In this document: piece after piece, positions 12,501-25,321 of the stretch
Position numbering within the stretch: position 1 is the stretch's first letter
How the letters are laid out: each line of letters begins with the position of its first letter
Origin: Phoronis australis
Taxonomy: Eukaryota; Animalia; Phoronida
Length of the DNA: 64,000 nucleotides
Reading direction: 5' to 3'
Assembly: GCA_002633005.1 (NCBI GenBank)
Contig: NMRA01000043.1
Coordinates: 1,085,588-1,149,587, forward strand
Position numbers and translations under genes: made by a program
The notes under the pieces: generated by a model
Database searches by the model: none
Told to the model about the DNA's origin: nothing
Seen by the model: only the letters and a program-made list of their open reading frames with translations

Positions 12501-14811
12501 CTGCTCTTCCAAGCGCTCTCGTTCGACATTTTTATCACACAGATTGCAATTTTACTCCTTTAAAATAACTTGAAAAGCTTTTAAGGGGGTTTGGTACAGT
12601 TTTAATTGATCATTTATTTTTTTGAAATTTTTATATTTTGTATTTTGGTGTTTGCCTTCTACAAATTTTTATATAATGTCAGTTTTACTGTTAATCAGCC
12701 TAAATAAAGCACTTCGGGCAAAATTTGAAATTTCATTGGGTTACTGAAAAGCCACCTCCAATTGAATGTATGGTTAAAATCCTTTTGGAAGTTGTTTCAA
12801 TGTTTTAACAACTTTATTTATGTTGTAAGTGAAATCAACTTACTCGTAGACCTTGGAGTTGGAGTTGGAATGTTTTGAACTGTGCTCTACAGTTCTTTTT
12901 CAACGACTGGTAGGGGGGCATCCTGATTTCCGGTCCTTATGTTACCCGGAAGTAATATAGCATCGTATATCGGTGGGAGTTGTAGACCTTGGTCCCAGCT
13001 CATGGCTAAAATGTAGCATTGCAGCACTTTCAATAGAAGTAGTGAAAACACTGGTGATGTAAATAGTTGCCACTTTTGCTGGTGCTTAACCAGCAGTTTC
13101 AATTCCCGTTAAAGTGCTGGCGCTTTAGCTGGGCACTTACTTTAAAAGACATGCATACAAATGGGAAGAGCCCTCTATTTGTCATTGTATACGGTATTGC
13201 AGTAAGATTATTGCAGTGGGTGTATGTGTTTTCATATCAATTTTGGTTTTTCAAGCAATACACATGTGCGAAACAACTACCCGCTGGAAAAAATTACCCC
13301 TACACAGGTAGCAAATTTGTCTAACAAATAGGCAAGCTGCATTTTTACCACTCACTTGAACCTAGTATTACATAAACAATATTGGCTATAATGGGCATTT
13401 TGCGAGGCATTTTAGGTGGCATTTTGTTGTTTCATTAGATTTTGTTGTTTTAAATATACTACAGTACAGGACAAAAGTAATCAAACAAAATACCACGTCC
13501 CTGTCATTACAGCTGTAATTGTGGTCACAGCAAAAATGACAGGTAATGACTTTATAGTAAAAAATTTTGATTACATAATAGCTTAAGCACTATGGTAATA
13601 GCTGACTTTTGAAATATTGAAATTCATTAACCCGACATGCCAGTGAGGTCTTTGGTGGACTGTAGCGTTCAGCGCCACCTACATATCCCTTGTAATGTGG
13701 AATAGAGGTTATGAACAGCGTTTTATCGCCTTTCCTGTTATTATAATGCCGCCAAATCTTCACTTGTGTACAGTGGGATGTACTAATGCCTTACAAAACA
13801 AGGCAAACCTTTTGAAATATCAAGTGGAGAGCAAGGACGTCCTGTTCCATACATTTCCTACTGTGAAGATGTATCTGCGACAATGCAGTGGTTGCTGCTA
13901 ATACAGCGGAATAATTTCAATCACTGAGCAGGTGTCAAAAAGCTAAAATAGATTAAATAATCAAAATGATTGGAAGGGCTGACCGTGAAATTTATTCTCC
14001 TGTTTTCATATTTATGAACCATTATGAATTTCTGTACCCCAAATCTAAGTCGGGATCAATCAGAAGTCTCTTCTGTGCTCTCATTACTCTAGAGAGCGCC
14101 TTTATGAAAAGTCCCCTATTTTCTTTTTAACTTGCGTCATTCTTGGGTGTGAGAGAAGACTGCTCTGATGATGAATTGAGCTTGCGCCAGTTGTCGTGAC
14201 AGGGAATTCTGGGTCATTTTGTCTCATACTTTTCGTGTGTCCTGTACTTTGCATGGATTCTTAACCTTCGATAATTTTTGACTGTGCCCCACGTCATTGG
14301 TACACAAACATTTTCGTTGACGTTTGTTACTCTGGCCAATGTTTACAGAAATTAAGTTGCAAATCACACCATATATTGTCTTCAGTATACCTACTGCACT
14401 CTTCTAATTCAAATTCAAAGACAGTGCTGAGCTGCTGATCAAAGCTTTGATGTCAGTGACAAAAATCAACTGTCTGTGGTTAGTTTGCAGTTCTAGTGAT
14501 TTAAACCAATCACTAATTGCCACATAATGTCCTGTAGCTAATGGAATCACACCTGTTAAACTGTCCCCAGGAATCAAATTGAAAAGGACAGAAAATAGTG
14601 AAGTGACCCAAAGTTCCTCCAAATTGACCCATAGATTTAAGGGCCAGTAATGTCGATTGACTCTCAGCCACTTTTTCTAAAAGGATCTGTTGTGTGAACT
14701 TGGATGGCTCGATATTTTAAAACTAAACTGGGCGTATAGCTGGTCGTAACAATTATAGTGAACCACTGACATAGTTATGATTTTAGCTTTTATGCCCTTT
14801 ATGTAATCCAG

Positions 14812-14986
14812 CGAGAAACTGTTCACTCAGATGGCTGATCACATAGTGTCTGATGGCTACAAGGATGTTGGTTACAACTATGTCAGTATAGATGACTGTT
14901 ATCTGGAGAAAAGCCGTGACAGCTCTGGTCGTCTGCAACCTGCTAAGGATCGGTTCCCTAATGGCATCAAGTACCTTGCTGATTAT
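14812..14986 (+). CDS. NAGA: NAGA coding exon 2 (SEKLFTQMAD...YVSIDDCY...RFPNGIKYLADY)
   Basis: Acceptor atccag|C and donor TAT|GTAAGT; 175 nt; contains the GH27 IDDC motif; frame joins exon 1. Confidence 0.96.
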
Positions 14987-16789
14987 GTAAGTTCAAAAGT
15001 GGAGCCAGGCATTGAGCACTTCAGTTATATGCTGTAGTGATTTTATGTCTGAGTTGTTTGATCTGTTGAATTAAAGACACTTAAACTGGCAACAGATAAG
15101 AGATCCGAATAACTTCTTTTGCTTAACTTTACTGAGAACATAACATCATCCAAAAGATAATACATTGGTATTTAAAGCCATTTCATTATCTTCAATCTTA
15201 TTTATCTGTGTTATTTTTATATCAATTTTCATACGATAACCTGCAACCATTACTACTTCCGTGAATTTGCCATTATGCTTGAAAATGAGGTGTTAAGTCA
15301 TTTAATAACTACAGTAGTTTTGTAAGCATGAAACACAAGCGCTTTTACATTTTGCGTTAAAACTGATGCAAAAATGAGGCTTTGTATCCTGAACAACAAT
15401 GCAAAATAATCATTTGTACAGTACCGCTAAAGTGTGCAATTAGTGAATTGGGTGACCACCAGAAAATATCAAAAATTAATTTTAAAATCAGCCTCTCATG
15501 GCCCTTTTATAAAAAGATTTATACTATTCTACTGTTGTCAGGAGGCTTTGTTAGGGAATCTGATCTGTGGTCCTATCGGGTGGAGTCGAGCAATTACCAC
15601 TTTTGTGACTCACTCACCACAATAAACCTGTGGATAAATTATTTGATATATTGTAGACTAAGTTTAGTAATCACGGTTTTAAGTGGGCTCATGACATCAA
15701 ATTCCTCATGAAAAGGATCATTTCACAAAAAACAATAAAAATTAGCCAAAATATGTGCGTTAGGTTTTGATTCTCTGGTACCATTGAAAAATAGTTTTAG
15801 TAACTATATAGATGCTGAGGTTGGCCAGTAGTGAAATATATCGAATAAACACATTAGACCGGCAATCTAGATACCTGTGGTTCGATTCCCATTTGTGGTT
15901 CCTGGTTTTTAAGTAACTCTTTGACTGTGGTAGATAATTGGACAGGGAGTTGTGAGGCCAGACAAAAAAGTACTGGAACAATGGACCAGATTGATATAAA
16001 CACTTGCTTATATTTAAGCTGCTTTTGCATTAGAGTTAATACCCACTAGTTCCAAGTTGGGACAAATTTTAGGCCAGCATGATAACCTACTGTCACAAAT
16101 TGTCACCTTTCCCACTTGACCAGACTAAGATTCCACAGTGGCAGTCAAAGCTTCACCATACTTAACACAAGATGTCACTGTAACCAGGCAATCAGTGAAT
16201 AACGGGCCCCTTATTCAGTGGAGGAAAGTGGTTCTTTAAATCAAGAACCACTCTTTCTGTCCAGTACCCTTATCAGAATCTCGCAGTTATTACTTCTAGT
16301 CCTGTTAGATTTCCTTTGAGATGTTAAAGTTGTGCAGTGACAACTGTGAGCAACATCAAATTGGCAGATTTCCATGCTTGCGTGTAGGATGATCAAAAAG
16401 AAAATTATGGACCAAACTCTTCGCATTGCATCAAATGATAGGACTAACTTATGTCTTCTCACTTGTCCATGCAGTCTTCTTGAGAGTACTAACTTTAGTA
16501 CCATCCTAAATTTAGACCTCTTTAAATCAACTTTTGCATTGGGTCTAAAATTATTGTGGTTGAGAAAAATGTTAGTTTGCCATTCTAAATCTGTACTGTG
16601 TAAGGCCATTTAGAAGCTAGTGTCTGGTGGACTTGAAACCAAAGGGGTGTTTTTTCTTATGAATCCTTGATGAAAATTGGAACTCACGTTGAAAGAGCAG
16701 AGGAAACATATTTTGCCTAATAACTTGCTTGTGTTACCTTTTGCTTCTTTCTTGGTTTTTAAACGAAAATGGAAGCTTGGGTTTCTTTT

Positions 16790-17430
16790 TAACTCATTCT
16801 GTGACTATACAGTTACTTCAGCTCATTCTGTGACTCCACATCTCCTACAGTAACTGTACATTTCTTCCAGTGACTCCACATCTCCTACAGTAACTGTGCA
16901 TTTCTTCCAGTGACTCCACATCTCCTACAGTAACTGTACATCTCCTCCAGTGACTGTACATCTCCTCCATTGACTGTACATCTCCTCCAGTGACTGTACA
17001 TCTCCTCCATTGACTGTACATCTCCTACATTGACTGTACATCTCTTCCAGTGACTGTACATTTTCTCCAGTGACTGTATCTCTCCTCCGGTGACTGTACC
17101 TCTCCTCCGGTGACTGTTGCTCTCCTCCAGGGACTGAACATCTCCATTGACTGTACATCTCCTCCAGTGACTGTACATCTCTTCCAGTGACTGTACATCT
17201 CTTCCAGTGACTGTATATCTCTTCTAGTAACTGTACTCCTCTTCTAATGACTGTACATCTCCTTCAGTGACTACATCTCTTCCAATGACTACATCTTCTC
17301 TAGGGACTGTACATCTTCAGTGACTGTACAGCTCCTGTAGTGACTGTTCAGCTCCTGCAGTGACTGAACATATCCAGTGACTATACATCTCTTCCAGTAA
17401 CTGTACATCTCCTTCCGTAACTGCACAACT
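16790..17430. repeat. 20-bp minisatellite (~30 degenerate copies)
   Basis: Unit TGACTGTACATCTCCTCCAG. Confidence 0.95.
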
Positions 17431-18686
17431 CTTTCAGTTGCTTAGTGAGTGAAAACCTCTGTTTTAAGTATACCATAAACACTCCCCAGTTGTCTGTTTG
17501 ATTTCAGAAACTGAGAGAAGTAAAACATAAACATTAAACTGCAGGATTTTTGTGCAAAGAAGGTTGAGGTTTTTGGCAGATGCCATTCCTGGGATACAAA
17601 AAGGTCAAAATATTCAAATGATGTCTTGGGCCAAGTCTTTGGTAGTATAATACTGTAGCCGGTGCTCCATTAGGTAGGACTTTTAATTTTCTCTGGATGT
17701 ATACCGTATTGGGAATTGCTTGTTTTAAAAGGGTTGAGTCTCTGATAATTTTCACGTCAATTTCCTGTGAAATGAGATAGGAACTTCAAGCATACATTCA
17801 AACATTTGATTGGTAAATGTTGAGAGATGGAACAGTATACTTCTACGTCCATTAATTTGTTTGTGGCTGTGGTTGCTGCTTCAACAAGTAAGAAATATGG
17901 ACTAAATTGATTCATTCCAAACAAGTTCATGTTTTATGACATACACAGGCTTGCAAGGCATCAAGCAAAACAAAATTCTTCAGTATAATACTTTTCTGGC
18001 TCATTGCCTTGCCAAATGTATATGTCAAATAAGTAAGTAAGTAAATATTACATTTCATGCTTTGCATCCACAGATAAATTGAAAAAAATTCCAGAATTTT
18101 CGGCTTCTAATTATCATGGTTGAAGCCTTCATCAGTGTGATGTTTTGCTACTAGGTGTCGCTGGGCGTAACACAGTGTTGTACATACATTTGCATAATCA
18201 TTAGTTTCTCTGTTGACAATAAGACATACACTCTCCACAGATATCCACGAACGGAATTCCGTGTGTTGTTCATTGTCGTTTCTCGCACATGGCCACATTT
18301 CCATATTTCCATATACGGTATATATATATAGGTTGCGCTCTGACAGAGGGTACAATACTGGTCCAGTTGCTATACAAAGGTGTATATGTAAAAGTGATTT
18401 TCTGCCTCTTCCATTGTTGAATAAGTTGGCACCTAAATGCAACTAGTAGCTTGATTAAGAATAAATTTTTACCAGGTTCCTTGAGGCTTACAACATACTC
18501 GAAAAAGTTATTAAAGTGCCAAACGTTGAAACACTTATCAGCTGATGAAATATTTACCCTACGATATGGTGCAGTAAATTGCTATAAGTTATCAGTTACT
18601 TGGAATTCTCGTTTAATGACAGCTTAAGTGTCGTAATGCTGAGATAAATAAGAATGTTAAGTTTGTTCATGTTTGTATATATCCAG

Positions 18687-18861
18687 ATGCATGCCAGAGG
18701 CCTCAAGTTGGGCATATATGAAGATTATGGCACTAAAACCTGTGGTGGCTATCCAGGAAGTCAGGGTCATGAGAAGGTCGATGCTGAAACTTTTGCTAAA
18801 TGGGAAGTGGACATGCTAAAGTTTGACGGTTGCTATTCAAATGAATCTGCAAAAGCAATAG
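18687..18861 (+). CDS. NAGA: NAGA coding exon 3 ([25 protein letters not shown]...LKFDGCY)
   Basis: Acceptor atccag| and donor G|GTGAAT; 175 nt; contains the catalytic nucleophile Asp in LKFDGC. Confidence 0.96.
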
Positions 18862-19323
18862 GTGAATATCTACTTCTTTATATCGAATCCTTACACGTTC
18901 ATGGCATTTTGCCAAATTATAAAAAGAATTTGCAGGTGACACTTTGGTCTTCCACTTTCTTAAACTTTTTCATTGGGTTGCCTAATATGGCACCAAGGGA
19001 GTACTTACATAATGTACCGGACTTGTTTCTAAGCTGTGCTGATTTCATTAAAGATCTGAAATCAAACCTCATCTTTTTTATTCACTTGGCTTGTTTAAGC
19101 TGCCATTAAGCCAGAACATGACAAAATGTCAACTTAACACTAGTTGCAACATTCCCTTCATAAAATGTTGCTGCACAGTTGCAATATTGTACCAAGGACC
19201 GTCCTTGCTACCACTGTGTACATGTCCTTGAATGAAATGCGTTGAGGTGGGTGAGTTGCCTTTTCCGATCAAATTCCCAACTGAACAATTCACTTGTTGG
19301 AAAAATGCATGAAAGGATCGTGC

Positions 19324-19334
19324 TATTATTATTA

Positions 19335-19365
<31 letters not shown>

Positions 19366-19367
19366 CA
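19324..19367. repeat. (ATT)n microsatellite
   Basis: Direct reading of the sequence. Confidence 0.9.
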
Positions 19368-19981
19368 TTAATGTAATATTTACAATGGGGGTAGCCCCAC
19401 CATTTCACACTGCTTTTCCATGGGGGGCCTCAGTAAAAACATACAGACAGTAAGGGTTTGTCAGGTTAAAGCCCTTTAATAAGATCGAGAGATAAATGTT
19501 ATTTTAGTATTCTTGTCATCCTATTGGGTTATGTGGTAAAATGTTTGATTTTCTGCTCTGTGTCACAAAACAAGGTTGGATCTTGATAAAATTTGACTAC
19601 TGCTGCAAAGTGACTCGACAAATTTTAAGGAAACTTTACATGTGTATAATTATGACAGAAATGCATTCTATGTCAGAGTGCAATATTTGAATGGCTTGAA
19701 CTACCTCAGCACTCCTGATTTTGAGACTTGTATGACTACCTTAACACCCCCTAGTAGCCATTATAGCTTCTACAAAACATTTCTTGCCAAAGGTGTTTCC
19801 GAATGACATCCAGAGAAGTGATTGACGGATATTTTTGACGCAGAAGTATACAAAGTGGATGTGTGGGCACCAGTCAACTTTCAGGTAGACTTCCTTGCTC
19901 TTCCTTGTGGCCAAAGGTTTTATTCAGCCTATGTATTGCTGTGCGAATAGAAACCTATTGTTTTTGATATTTCTTCTACAG

Positions 19982-20070
19982 GTTATCCACTGATGGGCAA
20001 AGAACTCAACCAAACTGGTCGACCTATTCTCTACTCCTGCAGCTGGCCTGCATATCTGGACCCTTCAAAG
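19982..20070 (+). CDS. NAGA: NAGA coding exon 4 (GYPLMGKELNQTGRPILYSCSWPAYLDPSK)
   Basis: Acceptor ttctacag| and donor AAG|GTACGT; 89 nt. SCSWPAY is the NAGA-type substrate loop, whereas GLA has SCEWPLY. Confidence 0.93.
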
Positions 20071-20549
20071 GTACGTATTTCTATCTGGACCCTTCAAAGG
20101 TACGTATTTCTATCTGGACCCTTCAAAGGTACGTATTTCTATTTGGACCTTTCAAAGGTATGTATTTCTATTTGGACCCTTCAAATGTACGTATTTCTAT
20201 GTGGACCCTTCAAAGGTACGTATTTCTATTTGGACCCTTCAAATGTACATATTTCTATCTGGACCCTTCAAAGGTAGGTATCTCTATCTGGATCCTTCAA
20301 AGGTACGTATTTCTATCTGGACCCTTCAAAGGTATGTATTTCTATCTGGACCCTTCAAATGTACCTATTTCTATCTGGACCCTTCAAAGGTACGTATTTC
20401 TATCTGGACCCTTCAAAGGTACGTATTTCTATCTGGACCCTTCAAAGGTACATATTTCTATCTTAACCCTTCAAAGGTACTATGTATTTCTATCTGGACC
20501 CTTCAAAGGTACGTATTTCTATCTGGACCCTTTAAAGGCACATATTTCT
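20052..20549 (+). repeat. 29-bp minisatellite (17 copies) spanning the NAGA exon 4/intron 4 boundary
   Basis: Unit CTATCTGGACCCTTCAAAG|GTACGTATTT; the first copy is the true exon end plus donor. Confidence 0.97.
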
Positions 20550-22036
20550 TTACCTGAAGCTACCCCTGGATCCTTAAAAGTTGTCTCCACTACCTAGAGG
20601 TATACACCTGGAGTCTTTTCTGCTTATAGAGGCACACTTCTGGGATATTGACAGGTATGGCTGAAATGGCTGGAGTATAACATTATTATTCTGCAATGCC
20701 ACTCTGTTTTCTTTAATTTTGACTCATTGATTTTTATACATCCTTGTGTGAAAATGTTTTTGTGTGTGCAATGTCTTCTACATTATAAAGAGAATTTAGT
20801 CCACACTTTGTGAAAAAAGTATGCTTGCGAAGTACTAAATTGGTTATCATTGGTGTTTTTGCGATTCTAATGCCTAACTACTTGTGTAGTTTCAACTGTA
20901 GACCAGAGGCAAATCTGTGTACCATATGCAAAAATTGGGATTCGTATGGAAATCAAGCAACGAGTACGCAAGTACGCACGACCAGGCAAAAATACGCAAT
21001 TCCACAAATTCAAAACAGATTATTAATTAGCTTGTTTCTCACTAAATATGCCGACTTGTAGTCGGAATGGAAGAGGAAGATTTTAAATTGGAAATTAAAA
21101 AAGAATATTGCAAAATGATTATTTTAGCCAAAAAATGTGAGCTATGAACTCGGAAAACTCGTTTTGTTTCATTCTCGAAATAGCCTGATAATCGGCAAAT
21201 CGCGTGGTCACTCCTATCGGTATGTGTGTCACAGGCCTAACCTATAAGCGACAGCTTCTGTGATTTGTGGATTGCTTACTCCGTCTAATTCCAGCTAAAT
21301 ACCGGTATGTACTGTCGTCAAAATGGCAAAGCATGAATGGCCGTGCCGCTTATAATGCGAGCTGTGAAGAAAGTAGACAGTGACCACCGTCTCTAGTTAA
21401 AGTACAGGGAGTGGTGCTCCTATAGGCGCGTCATACGCTGGAAGCTTTTCGGCAAATAATGCCTCATACTGACGAAAACATCAAAGTCACGTTCTTATAA
21501 ATACCTTTTGCATGTAGAGGGGACCTTAGGAGGCTGTTTATGTTTTTATTTCCTTCCAACTCCAACAAATACTCCTGTTATCAAACTTTTTCGATCGAGC
21601 GGTCCTTCGTTCAGTTCCCAAAGTCGGTAACAAACCATTTTTAACTCTGCGCACGGCAGGTGGTATGACGTCATATCCCCTGGCTTGTGCGGTGTAAAAA
21701 TAACAAGTTACCAGTCTTTCACTCGTGTGATATACGTCTTGCTTTTTTCAAGATTCTTGCCTTTACGGAAAGCAGCCCGTACCCACATGCTCTTTAATGA
21801 AGAAGAGATTGGTTTTTTGGAATCAAGTGAATTGTTAAAAAATATTGTATTCATGTGCAAAAAATGCTGATTAAATGCATTCACATATGCAGCTTGTGGC
21901 CAGCTCATGACGTGCATAAATTAAAGATATGATGTATAAAAAGCTGTCACGCCACCTATCTGTGCACAATCACTCCTTCCTAGATGCTGATAACATGGTC
22001 TACAATCTGCTAAGGTTTCATTGCAGTGCCCATGAT

Positions 22037-22709
22037 TGTCAGAATTTAGTCTGACATTGTTCTTGGTTTATTTTGTTTTATTGTTCTGTTTGTGTTATTG
22101 CTGGGCATTCCCCCCAGTTCAGTACACTGATGATGTAATTTGTTTACTATAGTATAGTGTGTAACTTTCTAGAAGACTAGCATGACAGTGATTAATGCAG
22201 TTTGGAATATTCTAGAGACTAGTATATGTTTTTAAAATAATTGGGTAGATTCCAGAAAGTTCTAGAATGTGCTTGAACAGATGAAAAGTTCTAGAACATT
22301 GCATTAGTCTATAAATACACAAGCATGGGTTTGTATTAGTCAGTTAAGCAGTTCAGCAGCCGGAGTAAAGCAGTTAAGCAGTTAAAGAGTTGCAGTGAAG
22401 AGAATCAGCAATTACAACAAGCGTTAATAGAGAGCCAGCTATAGAGACAGCAGGTTATTTGAATCAGCGAGTGTAACAGTTGCTGAACGTGTCTCAGAAA
22501 TTCATCACAAGTCAAGGCTTCATAGCACTGGCTGGAGCATAGAACAGACATTACGTTGGGCATTTTGTTTGAGTAGGCTTGTGAATGTACGGTCGAGATT
22601 AATAAAAGGATTAACTCGATCCAGTCATCAGTCTATGGTCGCACCGAAAGCTATTAGCACCGGTCTGTAACAACGTGCGCCCACCCACACAAAGGGGAAA
22701 AACGTGACA
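22037..22709 (+). mobile_element. Solo LTR (673 bp) in NAGA intron 4
   Basis: Termini TGTCA...TGACA, near-perfect 5-bp TSD ATGAT/GTGAT, internal TATAAATA (~22310) and AATAAA (22601). Confidence 0.8.
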
Positions 22710-23001
22710 GTGATGTACATTCCTGACATCTCAAAAACTTTTGTTTTTAAGTGCCCATGCTCAGGTTATGTTCCCCACCCAATTTTTGACTTCCCATTTT
22801 AATTAAGTGCTTTAGGGAGTAAGCTGGACTAGTATGGTGACTGTGGCATGTTCAATATTGAATGTTGCGCCCTTCTTTCTACAACTTAGTCAGAACATAT
22901 GCCTTTAGCGACTCCAACTGATTGTTAATAGTTGGCTAAGTGTAATGACTTGCTCATCACATTGCTCATAACATACCTTAGCTCTTGGTCTGTCTTTGCA
23001 G

Positions 23002-23163
23002 GTTAACTACACGGCACTTGAGTATTACTGTAATGTTTGGCGTAACTATGGCGACGTGCAGGACTCCTGGGACAGTGTCTTGTCCATCATCAATTTCTAT
23101 GGGAAAAATGTCAACAACTTCTCCACAGCTGCTGGGCCCGGTCATTTCAATGACCCTGACATG
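23002..23163 (+). CDS. NAGA: NAGA coding exon 5 (VNYTALEYYCNVWRNYGDVQDSW...GPGHFNDPDM)
   Basis: Acceptor tttgcag| and donor ATG|GTTTGT; 162 nt; acid/base Asp in WRNYGD and the NDPDM motif. Confidence 0.96.
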
Positions 23164-24357
23164 GTTTGTTTCTTTACTTTAAACTCAATTTAACAATAAT
23201 CAAAAATAGAACTCATAGTCATTCTAGCGTCCATGTTGAATTTGTTTTGGAATTTGTGAAGTTTTCTTGATTTTATTAGTAGCCAAGTGGGCCAATTTTT
23301 GATGTTGGTGTTTGCGTGGCCGGTGATATTCATATCGTGGAAGGATGGCAAACAGATAATGGCTACGTATATTGCAATGGAGTTGAAACTTCCATTGATT
23401 GCAGGACGTTTTCTCTATCGCTATTCAGGATTGTGGCTGGTATTTTTTGTATGCTATTGAAAGTGTGTTGGCCCGGCACTCTTCTCATATTCATAGTTTA
23501 CTAAGTTTTAGTTCAGCATAATGTGCTTGACTCTTATCTCTACAGTGGACATCATTTTTTTCAAGTCATCTCTGGATTATCGGTCAATTTTCTGCCAAAA
23601 AATCAGGACCTGGGGTGTAATATTTGTACTCAAAATCAAGCACAAAATTATTTTTGGCATTTTCTGTTCTGCATTTGTGTGAACTGAAAATAAATGTATA
23701 TTCTTGCTTGGAGTACATAATGTCTTTCGGGGATAACTGGCTAATCCTAGTTTGCTGTTGATGACCCCAACATTGAGGCTATGAGCCTGAACTCGAAACC
23801 TCAAGTTTTTATGCAAACTCAAATTTTTACGTGAATTTCGCGCACGATACATAAAAAAGCATTTTAAGAATTCCCAAGGCTAGCAATGAAAAATAGTGTT
23901 ACTACTCCTTACAATAATTGAACTTTAAAAAAAATCCGTGGAGGTTGACATTTACAAACATCTACTGTACACAAAAAGTTTTAAATCCGCGCCTGTTTCA
24001 CAGTAATATGTAGACTTGTAAAAATATTAGTTAAATTACGGTGATAATTATTTCAACCCTATAGTTTATGAAAATTTGATGTCACCAATTTCTTGTCATA
24101 GATTAAGAATATCAACAAAAGTTCATCTTGGATTTTGTTTCACAGAATTTGATAATAATTTTAAAGCATGGAGCGGTGCCGTGGAATGCACTGCATTGTA
24201 GCCAATGAAAGATGCTTTTGACATGAGGTGTAAATGCAGTATTTGTGAACAGTGTTTATGCATGCAGTGCAGTCCAGTGAAGGTACTTTAGGTAACAGGG
24301 AGACTCAGTTTACTAACTTTGCATAAATCTCATAGTTAATAAACTGTATATTTCCAG

Positions 24358-24555
24358 TTGATCATTGGTGGTTATGGCCTGAGTTATGAACAACAGCGAT
24401 CACAGATGGCGCTGTGGGCCATGATGGCAGCTCCACTGTTCATGTCAGCTGATCTGAGGAGTATTAGGCCAGAATCAAAGGAGATTCTTCTCAATAAGAA
24501 TGTGATTGCTATCAATCAGGATCCAATGGGCATAGCGGGGACACGAATCTATAAT
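24358..24555 (+). CDS. NAGA: NAGA coding exon 6 (LIIGGYGLSYEQQRSQMALWAMMAAPLFMSADLR...INQDPMG)
   Basis: Acceptor tttccag| and donor AAT|GTAGGC; 198 nt; conserved QMALWA..AAPL and INQDP motifs. Confidence 0.95.
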
Positions 24556-25018
24556 GTAGGCAAAGGACAAGTTTTTGAACGGTTGAAAACTAAATTGTTG
24601 AAAATTGCATCACTTATGCCAAAATAAGTGCAGACGTGACAACTATAAAGTGTGTTGTACATGTGATTTTAAATTGCAGTGACTAGTAAGTTCCTGGGAA
24701 TGAGTACAGCCATCAGAATCTTCGGTATCCGTGTTTCAACCAAACTGTGTTAAAGAGTCAACTTTTTAAGCATGGGCACATTGTGGGCATGGTACACTGC
24801 TCTGGCTGTTTCAAAATCCCTTGGAAGCCATTTTTTATTTCTGGTGGCATATACAACCCTGGGAGTAATTTTTACAAAATTATTGTACTGAACATTTGAA
24901 TGTTGACATCTGTAGTCCAATGTGATAATTGAAATCTGTTCAAACTAATGACTTTCAATTCATTTTATAATTGGTTTTGAAGTCTGCAAATGATAATTTC
25001 TCTCATTTCTACTTTTAG

Positions 25019-25321
25019 GCAAACAACATTCAGCTGTGGACACGACCTATTTCACCGAAAGGTCGATGGTCATTTGTTGTTTTATACACTGGTGTCGCTG
25101 GAGAGCCTGTCAAAGTGTCGTGGACGCTCAGACAGATGGGATTCGTTGACCCTAGTAGCTATGTTATTCAAGAGACATTTACTGCTGCACACATGGGCAC
25201 ATTCAAACCTGACGATCATGTAACATTCCGTGTCAATCCTACTGGTGTTTTTATGGGAACAGTGACACCTATTGGTACAAGGTTTATGAGGCAGCACCAA
25301 GATGACTATCTGGTTCTATAG
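25019..25321 (+). CDS. NAGA: NAGA coding exon 7 (C-terminal beta domain, ...VNPTGVFM...DDYLVL*)
   Basis: Acceptor acttttag|; open in frame from ANNIQLWTRP through the conserved VNPTGV to TAG at 25319-25321. Total CDS is 1260 nt. Confidence 0.92.
   Translation, partial: ANNIQLWTRPISPKGRWSFVVLYTGVAGEPVKVSWTLRQMGFVDPSSYVIQETFTAAHMGTFKPDDHVTFRVNPTGVFMGTVTPIGTRFMRQHQDDYLVL

Noticed and set aside
16885-17178. Repetitive minus-strand ORFs
   Set aside because: They are products of the 20-bp minisatellite.
20160-20597. 145-aa and 118-aa ORFs as separate genes
   Set aside because: They are read-through of the nearly stop-free 29-bp intronic repeat.
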